From assembly GCA_045568015.1 (NCBI GenBank), contig JBJLBW010000018.1, forward strand, positions 1 through 36,184: DNA of 36,184 nucleotides. Direction: 5' to 3'. This DNA comes from Candidatus Poseidoniales archaeon (lineage in GTDB: Archaea; Thermoplasmatota; Poseidoniia; Poseidoniales; Thalassarchaeaceae). This document shows, piece by piece, positions 18,323 to 26,879 of the stretch. Below the pieces are notes generated by a model, which was given only the letters and a program-made list of their open reading frames with translations, was not told where the DNA came from and ran no database searches. The position numbers were made by a program, and so were the translations under genes. Each line of letters starts with the position of its first letter. Position 1 is the stretch's first letter.

Positions 18323-19072
18323 GTGGTCACCGATTTTGACACCGCGCTTTCTATACTAGAAAATCGCACGCGGCGATCGATTTTGGAGCATCTTGTTCGT
18401 GAGGCGCATTACCCACTCCAACTCGCAGAATTACTCGATGTTTCGCAGCAAGCGATCATGAAACATCTGAAAGTACTCGAGAATGCTGGCTTTGTCGTCA
18501 GTGAAAAGGTCCCGAGTGAGAAAGGAGGGCCTCCAAAGCGAATCTATGCGATTACGCAATCCTTCTCCCTCCGACTCGATTTAGGACCTGATCTTTTTCG
18601 TGCAGAACATCGACAATTGCCACAAGGTGGCCCTACTCGACTTTCAAACCGATTACCCGAGGATGTGTTGGGTGTCGCTGAGCGCGTGGGAACTCGACGG
18701 AGGTTGCCCATGGCTGAAGCATTGGGGATGCTTTCAGAATTGAACGATGAACTAGACCGGCTCGATGCTGAGCGGGATGCGTTGATTGCGCTACACCAAC
18801 AAATCAAGCAAAAAGCTAGTCGTGTTGTTGATGATACATTCGAAGTTTACGAAGAGAGGCAGTTGGCCCATGTTTTGCTTGAAGCCCCAAGACGTCCCGT
18901 CGATTTAGATCAGTTCTGCGCGGGCATGCAAATTCAACCACAGCGCGCAGAGGAGATGATGGATACCTTACGTGGTGTGATGATGCGGCAACTGGGAGCT
19001 GAAACGGGGACAATCATCACATCGAACGACGATCGATTGCTGCCTTGGTGGTTAGCCAAGACTGATTCGTAG
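18323..19072 (+). CDS. ArsR-type winged-HTH regulator with coiled coil, COG1777 (Phr/HSR1-like) family
   Basis: LSILENRTRRSILEHL..HYPLQLAELLDVSQQAIMKHLKVLENAG..GGPPKRIY..SFSLRLDLGPDLF, followed by a heptad region LSELNDELDRLDAERDALIALHQQI. Confidence 0.85.
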   Translation: MVTDFDTALSILENRTRRSILEHLVREAHYPLQLAELLDVSQQAIMKHLKVLENAGFVVSEKVPSEKGGPPKRIYAITQSFSLRLDLGPDLFRAEHRQLPQGGPTRLSNRLPEDVLGVAERVGTRRRLPMAEALGMLSELNDELDRLDAERDALIALHQQIKQKASRVVDDTFEVYEERQLAHVLLEAPRRPVDLDQFCAGMQIQPQRAEEMMDTLRGVMMRQLGAETGTIITSNDDRLLPWWLAKTDS

Positions 19073-19084
19073 TGTGAATCGCAA

Positions 19085-22000
19085 TCAGAATCGAAGGTTG
19101 TCATCGATGGAAATCATGCTGGACTGAGCATCGACGCGAGCCAGTGCTTCTCGTCGACGGCCAACCATGACCATTCCTGCCACGGCAATCAATGCGATGG
19201 TAAGTAGCAAAATCATCGTTGGAACCGACCAGGTTCCTGCTGCTTCCATAGCGACATCGATCCAACCATTTTCACTCGAAAGTTCTCCGAGCTCCTTGCG
19301 GTTGTTGGCCTCATTCGCTTCAATAATCAGATTTCCGGGGTCGACGATGACTACAACGTCGTGGCTTCCCGCTGTAACCGGATAGAGAAGTGTAATCTCG
19401 ACCGCTTCAGCGGATCCACTATCATCGGGTGGCATCAATGCACCAATCACTTGGCGATAAGCGACATTTTCTTCAGAACAAATGTTGTTTCGAATATTGT
19501 CTTCAGTCTCGTCCTCACAGAGTACGATGTTGATGTCTGTCGCGTGAACGTTTCCTCGGTTGATGATTTCAACGTTTACTGGAATCATCTCTCCAACCGG
19601 TGCTTCGGTGCCACCGATTGCGGCCACGTCAAGGATTTCCAAATCGGGTGCACGGAGGCGGATACGGAGAACCTGCTCATTCGTGTCACAAGGATATACG
19701 TTGTCTAAGACGCCGTCATTGTCTGCATCAATTGTACAACTATCTGACCAAGATGCGGTTTCATCGGTGTCACCATTGGGTGAACCACCATAGTTTGACA
19801 ACACCTTGATGCCAATCTCTCGATTTGCGAGTGTGGCTGATGGGCTGATGTCTACGATCACCATGACTTGCACGGTTGTGTAAGCTGGCATTTCTGCTAG
19901 ACTCCATGTCCCATCTGCGTGATATGCACAACCGTATAACGGTGCAGATTCGCCAACCCCAAGTTCAGCACAAGGAATCTCGCGTGGCAATTCGGTATCG
20001 AAATCTTCGACCATTGCATATTCCACATTCCAACTCGACAACGAACCCATGCTTGGCTGATCATTCCAGTCGTTTCCACTCTTGGTGTGGTTGTGTAAGG
20101 TGGGAATGTCTGGTACGTTACCATTGTTGGTCACATTCAACAAATATCGCACTGTTCGACCCGGTGCCGTGGTCTTGATTTGGCTCTCCACGGTTTCATC
20201 CAACCAAATCTGCATGTCATGGAATTGGTTGACAGTGATGTCAAACAAAATCGCATCTCGCTCATCGGTTCCCTCGAAGTATTCCTCACTGAAGGCCTTC
20301 AGAACAACCTGATAGTCGCCAGCAACAATTTGTCCTGGAATGTTGATGACAACGTCGACTGTCTCTGCATCATCGCGTTCCAATTCGGATAGCGTCGCTC
20401 TTGGAATTTCAATGTCCCAAAGTAGTTGCGAACCATTGCTATCTGTAATCAGAGCGGTACGCATGTCGTATCGATCTGGTCCATTGCCGTTGTTTGTCGT
20501 GGTGATGGGAATCACCAAGGCTTGGCCGGGGTCGACGGAATGTGTTGTCGATGGTGCGTCCATCTCCAAATCATAGACGTGTTCGACATTCGTTGATAGA
20601 ATCACGGCATCCGATACGCGGGAAGCACCTTGCAGGTGTGCTTTCACAGTAATTGCTGGACCGAGTCCTGCACTTGCATTGAGTGGTGCACACACAACGA
20701 CTGCGACCTCGTATGGGACATTGATTTGGGACCAATGCCGTGGTTTACTCATCTCGCCCTCATTCCCACCCGGGGCGTTACTAAAGTCCAAATTAACTGT
20801 CCAATGATCGTATTGCCACTCATTCATGGGCATACCTTCTGGCTTGGCATCAGGTGCGCCAGGCGTGGTGAAGATGAGATATCCTGGTGCGAATTTCTTG
20901 ATGACATCAATTGTGTAAGTGTGGCACTCGCCGGGCATGACATATTCTGATGTATCGAATATTTCGAAGATGATGTTGCCTGTAGAACGAATACTAACGT
21001 TCACCCACAATTCCAACACATCGTATGTACCCTTATCCAAACTCTTGACGGGTTCGCCCATAGACCAACCCTTGAGATAGAGAGCGAATGTACCTGGATC
21101 TTGTGTTGTCGGCACAGAAATCTCGAGATTCTTTGTGACCGATTGTCCGGGGTCCAAGCTAACCATCAATGGGAAGTTGATCTGCCAACCCCATGGCAAC
21201 AACCATTCTTGCTGACCCTGCAATGTTGTTGGGTCATAGAATGCAAATGTGTCAAACACGTTACCCGTATTGGTAATCGTAATCGAGAAAATTGCGGTTT
21301 CACCCTGTTCGACGTCGGACTGATAGTGACTTGTTTCCAACTCAATGCCGTGAACCACGTCCATCAGAGTCAATGTCAATCTATCACTCCGAATCGCTGG
21401 ATCTTTGTAAGATACGGCAGACACTACAATTGGAGCGAGTTCGTCCTCATTTGCTTGGTAAATCGATGGGGCGCGGACGCGCAAATAGACCCTTACGGAT
21501 TCACCTCCAAGCAAGAAGATTGGAGTTTCAGGGAAAATCGCAGTGTGGTTGTCCGCGAAGAATAAATTCGCCGTCCAGTTCACAGGAACGCCTGAAAGGT
21601 TCACTGCAAAGGTATCCGATACCAAATCGATCGGGCCTGGTGTTGAATTGTTCACTGTCAAGTTGTAAATCGTTTGTTCACCCGGTTCAATCACGTGATA
21701 GTACGTCTCATCGTCTGCAAGTTCAACATCCACTTGGCCCGTTAGGACGTGGGTGTAACAAAGCGTATAGGCACCATTGTTAGAATTCTCATTGCATTTA
21801 TTGGTGTCAGACCACGCAATATGCGCTCCGCTACCGAGGTCATTGGAAAATGCAGGTGGTTGCGATAGTTCTGGATTGCGACCACTGTTCGGGCCGAGTT
21901 TGTCACTGTTCCATTCTGTCACATCGACGCGCTCCCAAGGATCCAATACTGCAGCTGCAATACTGTTCAATGGCCAGTCACCAACGTCGTTGGTGTGGTT

Positions 22001-24100
22001 CAAACGAGTATACATGATGGATTCGCCTTGAGATGTGTTTGAATTCTCAAGCCAAGAAATGTGAACGTTGTTTTGGTTATCCGCAAGAACTTGTGGCATG
22101 TACGAAGACGCTCTGTAGTAATCATTCGGATTGACGTTTGCTGACCCTTCAACATACGATATTCGAGTGTCTACAATCTTCTTGATTCCGTAGGTGGGCA
22201 GACCTCCTGAAACGCCGTCCCACTCGGCTGCACCACGAAGGCGGAGGCGAGAGTAGTACACCTCGTAGTTGTCATCCTTGTCAAACCCGTAGTCTCGGGT
22301 GTCCATCCACGTAAGGTGGGTATCACCACTGTTGTCAATGGCCAAAGATGGGTGCAGACTGAATGCGTCATCCAGTGTGACACGGGTGTCGTTCACTACG
22401 ACTAGGTGGCCGTAGCCATTCGCATCTTGGCTGGGGCCCAAATCCTCAGTGTATCTGTTGTTAGATTCATCTGTTCCAGATTGACCGTAAACCCAGCCTG
22501 GTGCTGGGCTCTGAATCTTCGCATATGGATCCAAAACTGTCATGTAAATCTCACGACTGTTGTTTGTTGCGAGGAAAACCATTGCCTCAACCAATGTAGC
22601 CATGTTGTTGGCTGAAGATGCGGGGAAAGCATACACTTGCCCTCCAGCATCAGTATTTCGAGTTGTGGAACCTGGACAAACTCTCGGGTTCATGTTCACC
22701 TGCCCATTTGGACATTGTGCGAGATCCTTCATGTGGCTTGCAACTTGGTTGTTTGCTCCCCATGATGAACCATAAATCCCTACAGGGATTACTCCTGCAT
22801 CAACGCAAGCGTCGTGTGCTTCGTTGATACTGGCAATGTCATCTGATTGTTGTGGTGGGTCTCCACCTTTGGGGCCTTCATCACTGATTGGAATAACAAT
22901 CTTTGTCGCATTGGGATTCCATTTGTGATCGTTTGTAGTCGGTGGGTTGCCGGGTACGTTGCCTTGTGCATCTACCCAAGACAAACATGACCAAGCACTT
23001 CCTGGTCCCCAATCTTCACCTTGGTAGCCGCCACTTTGTGCGCCACCATTGTAGATGGTTGAGTGTAGTTTGATGAGGCCGCCTGAGTCATCTCCTTGCG
23101 TAAGGTGATTGGCTCGTGGGTTCTCGTGGTGTGGGGGTGTAGCACATGCGCCGCTTGTTGCAGCACTTGGGAAAAATCCACCCAATGCATACAATGTTTC
23201 GAATACCGAAATGTTCGCCTCTTCAAGCATTGGCTTGATTCCAGTGAAGGAACCTCCGCTGGACCATTGGCCTCCGTAGAACACAACACACATGTCAGCC
23301 CATTCTGAATACATGGAACCTGATGTGTCAATTACAGAAACAATCTCTACCTTGCCACCTCGCGTATCGTCCCATGCAATCTGCACAAGGTCGTCGGCAT
23401 CAATAGCGATGTCCGGGTGACCCTTGTGACCGATGATTGGGGTTAGCAATGTGCTGTCAATCGCTGTGATTGCTTCACGTGATGCTTCATCGATTTCCAG
23501 GAATTTGTAGTAAATCTGGGGCTGTTGGAAGTATTTGTCGTGGCGGTCATAGGAGTCTTCCCAAACGATGTGGGCGTTGTCCTGACTGTCAACAGCGATT
23601 GCTGGCCAATCGCGGTTCTGCTGACGACGGGTGATTTCAGTGTCATCAATGATTGAGATTGTGCCATCATCTGCTGAGCTGCCATCTTGATCATCCAAGC
23701 TAGGGTCGAGTAGCGTGTAGAGGATTTCGTGTTGGCTGGCTTTGTTTGCCCAAGTTACGTGGACTCGGTCTTCCGAATCAATATCGATGTCTGGGTGCCA
23801 TGCGCGATGGCCTCCACCATTGGAAATTTGTGTGACGTCGATGACTGTCTGAGCACGTGGATCGAGCATTGTGTAATACAGATGCTGTGTGTTACGTGAC
23901 CAAACGACGTGGATATTCCCGTCACTGTCACTTGTCATTGATGCCATACGTTCGTTGACGGCTCCACCATCTACAAGCTGCACTGCATCGGTAATTACAA
24001 CCGATGCACCTTGCGCAACTGGTGGTGTGTAACCAATCAACAGCGTACTCATTACGAAAATCATCACCAGTGTGATGCTGCTACGTTTTGTATTTTCCAT
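19085..24100 (-). CDS. Large cell-surface protein: signal peptide, 7-repeat beta-propeller with inserted vWA domain, NEW3/CARDB-type Ig-like repeats, C-terminal TM anchor
   Basis: Seven P.I..D.....H..W...I.Y repeats, MIDAS DTSGSM and ISDEGP, repeated xxPG....I.ITN.GN..D units, CARDB-like PDLEI..VDPGNLIIEANEANN, TM ILLLTIALIAVAGMVMV and an RRR stop-transfer. Confidence 0.85.
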   Translation of the reverse strand: MENTKRSSITLVMIFVMSTLLIGYTPPVAQGASVVITDAVQLVDGGAVNERMASMTSDSDGNIHVVWSRNTQHLYYTMLDPRAQTVIDVTQISNGGGHRAWHPDIDIDSEDRVHVTWANKASQHEILYTLLDPSLDDQDGSSADDGTISIIDDTEITRRQQNRDWPAIAVDSQDNAHIVWEDSYDRHDKYFQQPQIYYKFLEIDEASREAITAIDSTLLTPIIGHKGHPDIAIDADDLVQIAWDDTRGGKVEIVSVIDTSGSMYSEWADMCVVFYGGQWSSGGSFTGIKPMLEEANISVFETLYALGGFFPSAATSGACATPPHHENPRANHLTQGDDSGGLIKLHSTIYNGGAQSGGYQGEDWGPGSAWSCLSWVDAQGNVPGNPPTTNDHKWNPNATKIVIPISDEGPKGGDPPQQSDDIASINEAHDACVDAGVIPVGIYGSSWGANNQVASHMKDLAQCPNGQVNMNPRVCPGSTTRNTDAGGQVYAFPASSANNMATLVEAMVFLATNNSREIYMTVLDPYAKIQSPAPGWVYGQSGTDESNNRYTEDLGPSQDANGYGHLVVVNDTRVTLDDAFSLHPSLAIDNSGDTHLTWMDTRDYGFDKDDNYEVYYSRLRLRGAAEWDGVSGGLPTYGIKKIVDTRISYVEGSANVNPNDYYRASSYMPQVLADNQNNVHISWLENSNTSQGESIMYTRLNHTNDVGDWPLNSIAAAVLDPWERVDVTEWNSDKLGPNSGRNPELSQPPAFSNDLGSGAHIAWSDTNKCNENSNNGAYTLCYTHVLTGQVDVELADDETYYHVIEPGEQTIYNLTVNNSTPGPIDLVSDTFAVNLSGVPVNWTANLFFADNHTAIFPETPIFLLGGESVRVYLRVRAPSIYQANEDELAPIVVSAVSYKDPAIRSDRLTLTLMDVVHGIELETSHYQSDVEQGETAIFSITITNTGNVFDTFAFYDPTTLQGQQEWLLPWGWQINFPLMVSLDPGQSVTKNLEISVPTTQDPGTFALYLKGWSMGEPVKSLDKGTYDVLELWVNVSIRSTGNIIFEIFDTSEYVMPGECHTYTIDVIKKFAPGYLIFTTPGAPDAKPEGMPMNEWQYDHWTVNLDFSNAPGGNEGEMSKPRHWSQINVPYEVAVVVCAPLNASAGLGPAITVKAHLQGASRVSDAVILSTNVEHVYDLEMDAPSTTHSVDPGQALVIPITTTNNGNGPDRYDMRTALITDSNGSQLLWDIEIPRATLSELERDDAETVDVVINIPGQIVAGDYQVVLKAFSEEYFEGTDERDAILFDITVNQFHDMQIWLDETVESQIKTTAPGRTVRYLLNVTNNGNVPDIPTLHNHTKSGNDWNDQPSMGSLSSWNVEYAMVEDFDTELPREIPCAELGVGESAPLYGCAYHADGTWSLAEMPAYTTVQVMVIVDISPSATLANREIGIKVLSNYGGSPNGDTDETASWSDSCTIDADNDGVLDNVYPCDTNEQVLRIRLRAPDLEILDVAAIGGTEAPVGEMIPVNVEIINRGNVHATDINIVLCEDETEDNIRNNICSEENVAYRQVIGALMPPDDSGSAEAVEITLLYPVTAGSHDVVVIVDPGNLIIEANEANNRKELGELSSENGWIDVAMEAAGTWSVPTMILLLTIALIAVAGMVMVGRRREALARVDAQSSMISIDDNLRF

Positions 24101-24184
24101 GTTCTTCGACCCCCGGAGAGACTCTCCAGTGCTTTGGAAACGCTGTTTCCCTCCTACTTAACCGAACCCCTTTGCGGTCAGTTA

Positions 24185-24199
24185 CGCGCGAGCGCGCGT
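24185..24199. repeat. Alternating-CG palindromic element CGCGCGAGCGCGCGT, copy 2
   Basis: ACGCGCG-AG-CGCGCGT is a 7-bp inverted repeat (24184-24199). The core is identical to 161-175. Confidence 0.6.
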
Positions 24200-24208
24200 G
24201 CGAGAGGG

Positions 24209-24829
24209 TTATGCCCACTCAGATGGGTCGAAACCAGTTCCGAATCCGCCGGTTTCATCGGTTTCAACCTCTTTGGTTGAATGAGCGGTATCTGGTGCTG
24301 GTTGAGGGCCGCCTTTGGCCCAATCATCCACTGGCCCAGGTTTTCCAACGCCGGGACCATATGAAAATTTAATTTCATGAATAACTGACAATTTTGAAAG
24401 CCACAAACGGCGGAGTGTTTGCATCACTTCGTTCTGTGTGACACCGTCAAACCATGTCGGCATTGAAAGGTTGAATGCTTGAAGTGGGCCCGGTTTTTCT
24501 TCGCCGTGGCCCACATGCAACACCCAATCAACGTGTGATCGGGTTAGTTGAAGTCTGGTCTCATGTAGCCATTCTTCCCAACCATCGGGATCATTCACTG
24601 CGTGTTTGGACATCTCATCTTGTTGTCCTGAATCGACTTGTGTGACGCTTGAAATCACCAAGAGGTTTCGCTTCTTGGGAGACAATACGTTGAACAGGTG
24701 GCCATGTTTTGTTGGGGGGTATCGAACCAGAAAGTGGAAGTCGGCCCGGGGGTCTTCACGTTCCTTGATCTCAAGTCCTTCGCCAGATAACCAGTTTCGG
24801 ACGCGTTCCTCAATATCTCGAGTCGCCAT
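24209..24829 (-). CDS. DUF2299-like archaeal conserved protein
   Basis: IEERVRNWLSGEGLEIK..DFHFLVRYP..FNVLSPK..WFDGVTQNEVMQTLRR resembles the archaeal DUF2299 family (by recall). Confidence 0.6.
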   Translation of the reverse strand: MATRDIEERVRNWLSGEGLEIKEREDPRADFHFLVRYPPTKHGHLFNVLSPKKRNLLVISSVTQVDSGQQDEMSKHAVNDPDGWEEWLHETRLQLTRSHVDWVLHVGHGEEKPGPLQAFNLSMPTWFDGVTQNEVMQTLRRLWLSKLSVIHEIKFSYGPGVGKPGPVDDWAKGGPQPAPDTAHSTKEVETDETGGFGTGFDPSEWA

Positions 24830-24850
24830 GAACAGGTGGCGGGCGGCAAC

Positions 24851-26392
24851 CTATTTCAGCGCAGCGAGAATATTGCTCGTGTCATCGACAATCGCTTGGT
24901 TTTCTGAAGAGCGGTTGAGTTGGCCGATTTTTCTTGCATTCCGTGCGATAATATGCAAATCCCATGCGACAAGTGATATCTTATTCGAAAGGTGGAATGC
25001 AAAGGGTAGCAATATTGCAATCAAGATGATTTGTGTGTAGGGCAAAGCCCACGGCCCAAACGCTGCGAAGAGGATGAATGCTGTAATTGGAAGTGGCCAA
25101 ACGATCATCGGACCCAACATCGCTGCCAAGAAGTGGTATGTGGTACGTGCGTCAAGTCCTTCGTCGGTATTATCTCCAAGGACTTTGGCAATTACAATCA
25201 TCAAACCGCTTCCAAACAATGTCAATGGTACTGTGAGTATGGCGAGCATGATTGCTGGGATTACAGCCAAATGTTCGCGTATTGATGGATTGCGGAGGCC
25301 ACTAGAATCCAATGCCCTTCCATCTAACCCTACAGAGTGAAGTTTGTGGCCAACTCGGTCAGCCGCCTCTTGTTTAGATGTGAGATTTTTGTCGCCATTT
25401 CGGATTTCATCACGGATTGAGCGAGCGGCGAGGACCTCTTCACGCCATGAATTCAAACGGTTCCCACGGGCAATCGCTCGTAGATGTCCAAGAACATGCC
25501 AAGCACGATGTTCATCCCACGTTTCTGCATCTGGGGTCATTGGAGCGAGGCGTTCGCGTACTTTGTCCCTCAATGCATTGACTCGATCTGCGGGGGCCTC
25601 GAGCCATTCGCCATCGAGAAGTTGCTTGCGCTCCTCTTCGGGATGGATTGCACCATCAAGGGAAATCGGCGCCCCATACTCAAACCAAGCATCGGTTCTG
25701 AAAAACCATGAGACGCGGTAGTGCAGACCCACGGGCAACAAATGGGGTGTGGGCGTTCCTTTTTCATGAGAAATGGAATTGGCCGCAATGACCGAGCGCA
25801 TTGGGCCTGTGCGAAGGCGGCGCATCTTCGAATCTTCATGAGATGTTCCTTCTGGGAACAAAGCGCTACCATTACCGGTGGCAATACATTCTGCAAGCGT
25901 CAGCATCGTTTTCGAATTGATTCTGTTAGCGGCCTCCCCCGAAGCGCCTCCGCGGGCACGCTCAGCCTGACGAATGACTGGTTGTGTGCCTGAGATTGAA
26001 GCGATATTGCCAATAAGGGGGCGAGTGAGAAGATCGTGTCTGGCTCCAAACACCAATCGCTTTGGTTGAGTCACAAAAATTGTTGCAGAATCAATGAGGG
26101 CGTTTGTGTGCCATGCGACCGTCAGAATTCCTGCATCTTCCGAGATGTGTTCTTTGCCTGTCACCTCGATCGTGCGAAACTGTTGCTTGAGTGCCATGCG
26201 GCACAGTCCTCTAACCATATTGTAGAACCACGAGACGCCAGGATGCTCGCCTGAATTCGATGCATGTCTTCGCCGCCGCTCGATTTTTGCGACATCGATT
26301 CGTGATGCGCTCTTTGACAGAGGAGGGAGGATGTCTCCATGGTGGTCTACCGCTCCATCATCACCAGATTGAACTGTTTTCTTCGCCATCAT
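24851..26392 (-). CDS. Glycerolipid acyltransferase (PlsC/LPLAT superfamily, GPAT-like) with C-terminal TM helices
   Basis: Motif I WHTNALID, FGARHDL, PVIR, motif III LFPEGTSH and LLPVGLHY, plus 3-4 C-terminal TM helices. Confidence 0.85.
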   Translation of the reverse strand: MMAKKTVQSGDDGAVDHHGDILPPLSKSASRIDVAKIERRRRHASNSGEHPGVSWFYNMVRGLCRMALKQQFRTIEVTGKEHISEDAGILTVAWHTNALIDSATIFVTQPKRLVFGARHDLLTRPLIGNIASISGTQPVIRQAERARGGASGEAANRINSKTMLTLAECIATGNGSALFPEGTSHEDSKMRRLRTGPMRSVIAANSISHEKGTPTPHLLPVGLHYRVSWFFRTDAWFEYGAPISLDGAIHPEEERKQLLDGEWLEAPADRVNALRDKVRERLAPMTPDAETWDEHRAWHVLGHLRAIARGNRLNSWREEVLAARSIRDEIRNGDKNLTSKQEAADRVGHKLHSVGLDGRALDSSGLRNPSIREHLAVIPAIMLAILTVPLTLFGSGLMIVIAKVLGDNTDEGLDARTTYHFLAAMLGPMIVWPLPITAFILFAAFGPWALPYTQIILIAILLPFAFHLSNKISLVAWDLHIIARNARKIGQLNRSSENQAIVDDTSNILAALK

Positions 26393-26410
26393 ACCACCTG
26401 TAAATCGATA

Positions 26411-26851
26411 TCAATGAGCTTGTAGGCGCTCGGATAGTTCAGACAATGCTACAAAATCAGGGTCTCCACCAGGAGGTGGTGAATCTGGCCAGCAAGCCAT
26501 CAATGTGAGGCCACCATCGCCGAATGTTCGGGGGCAAACATGGATGTGGACATGGGGCACTTCTTGACCCGCGGTGGGGCCATCGTGTACCCCTACGGAG
26601 AAGTCGCTTGTACCAAACTCTGCTGACAACCGCCTCTGAACTTCGACGACCCCTTCCATCAATCCATGAAGACTTGCAGGAGAAAGATCAGCAATCCTTT
26701 GCGCCTGTTCTTTTGGAACCACCAATGTGTGGCCGATTCGTCTCGGATAAATGTCGAGGAATGCATACCATGTCTCGCCTTCAGCTACTTTCGACGATGG
26801 GATTTCACCACGGATGATTTTGGTGAACAATGTAGCCTCTTCCATGTCCAT
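26411..26851 (-). CDS. HIT family nucleotide hydrolase
   Basis: LFTKIIRGEIPS, AFLDIYP..GHTLVVPK and the histidine triad AGQEVPHVHIHVCPR. Confidence 0.93.
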   Translation of the reverse strand: MDMEEATLFTKIIRGEIPSSKVAEGETWYAFLDIYPRRIGHTLVVPKEQAQRIADLSPASLHGLMEGVVEVQRRLSAEFGTSDFSVGVHDGPTAGQEVPHVHIHVCPRTFGDGGLTLMACWPDSPPPGGDPDFVALSELSERLQAH

Positions 26852-26879
26852 CCGATGGCGACACCTATGATAAATCGAC

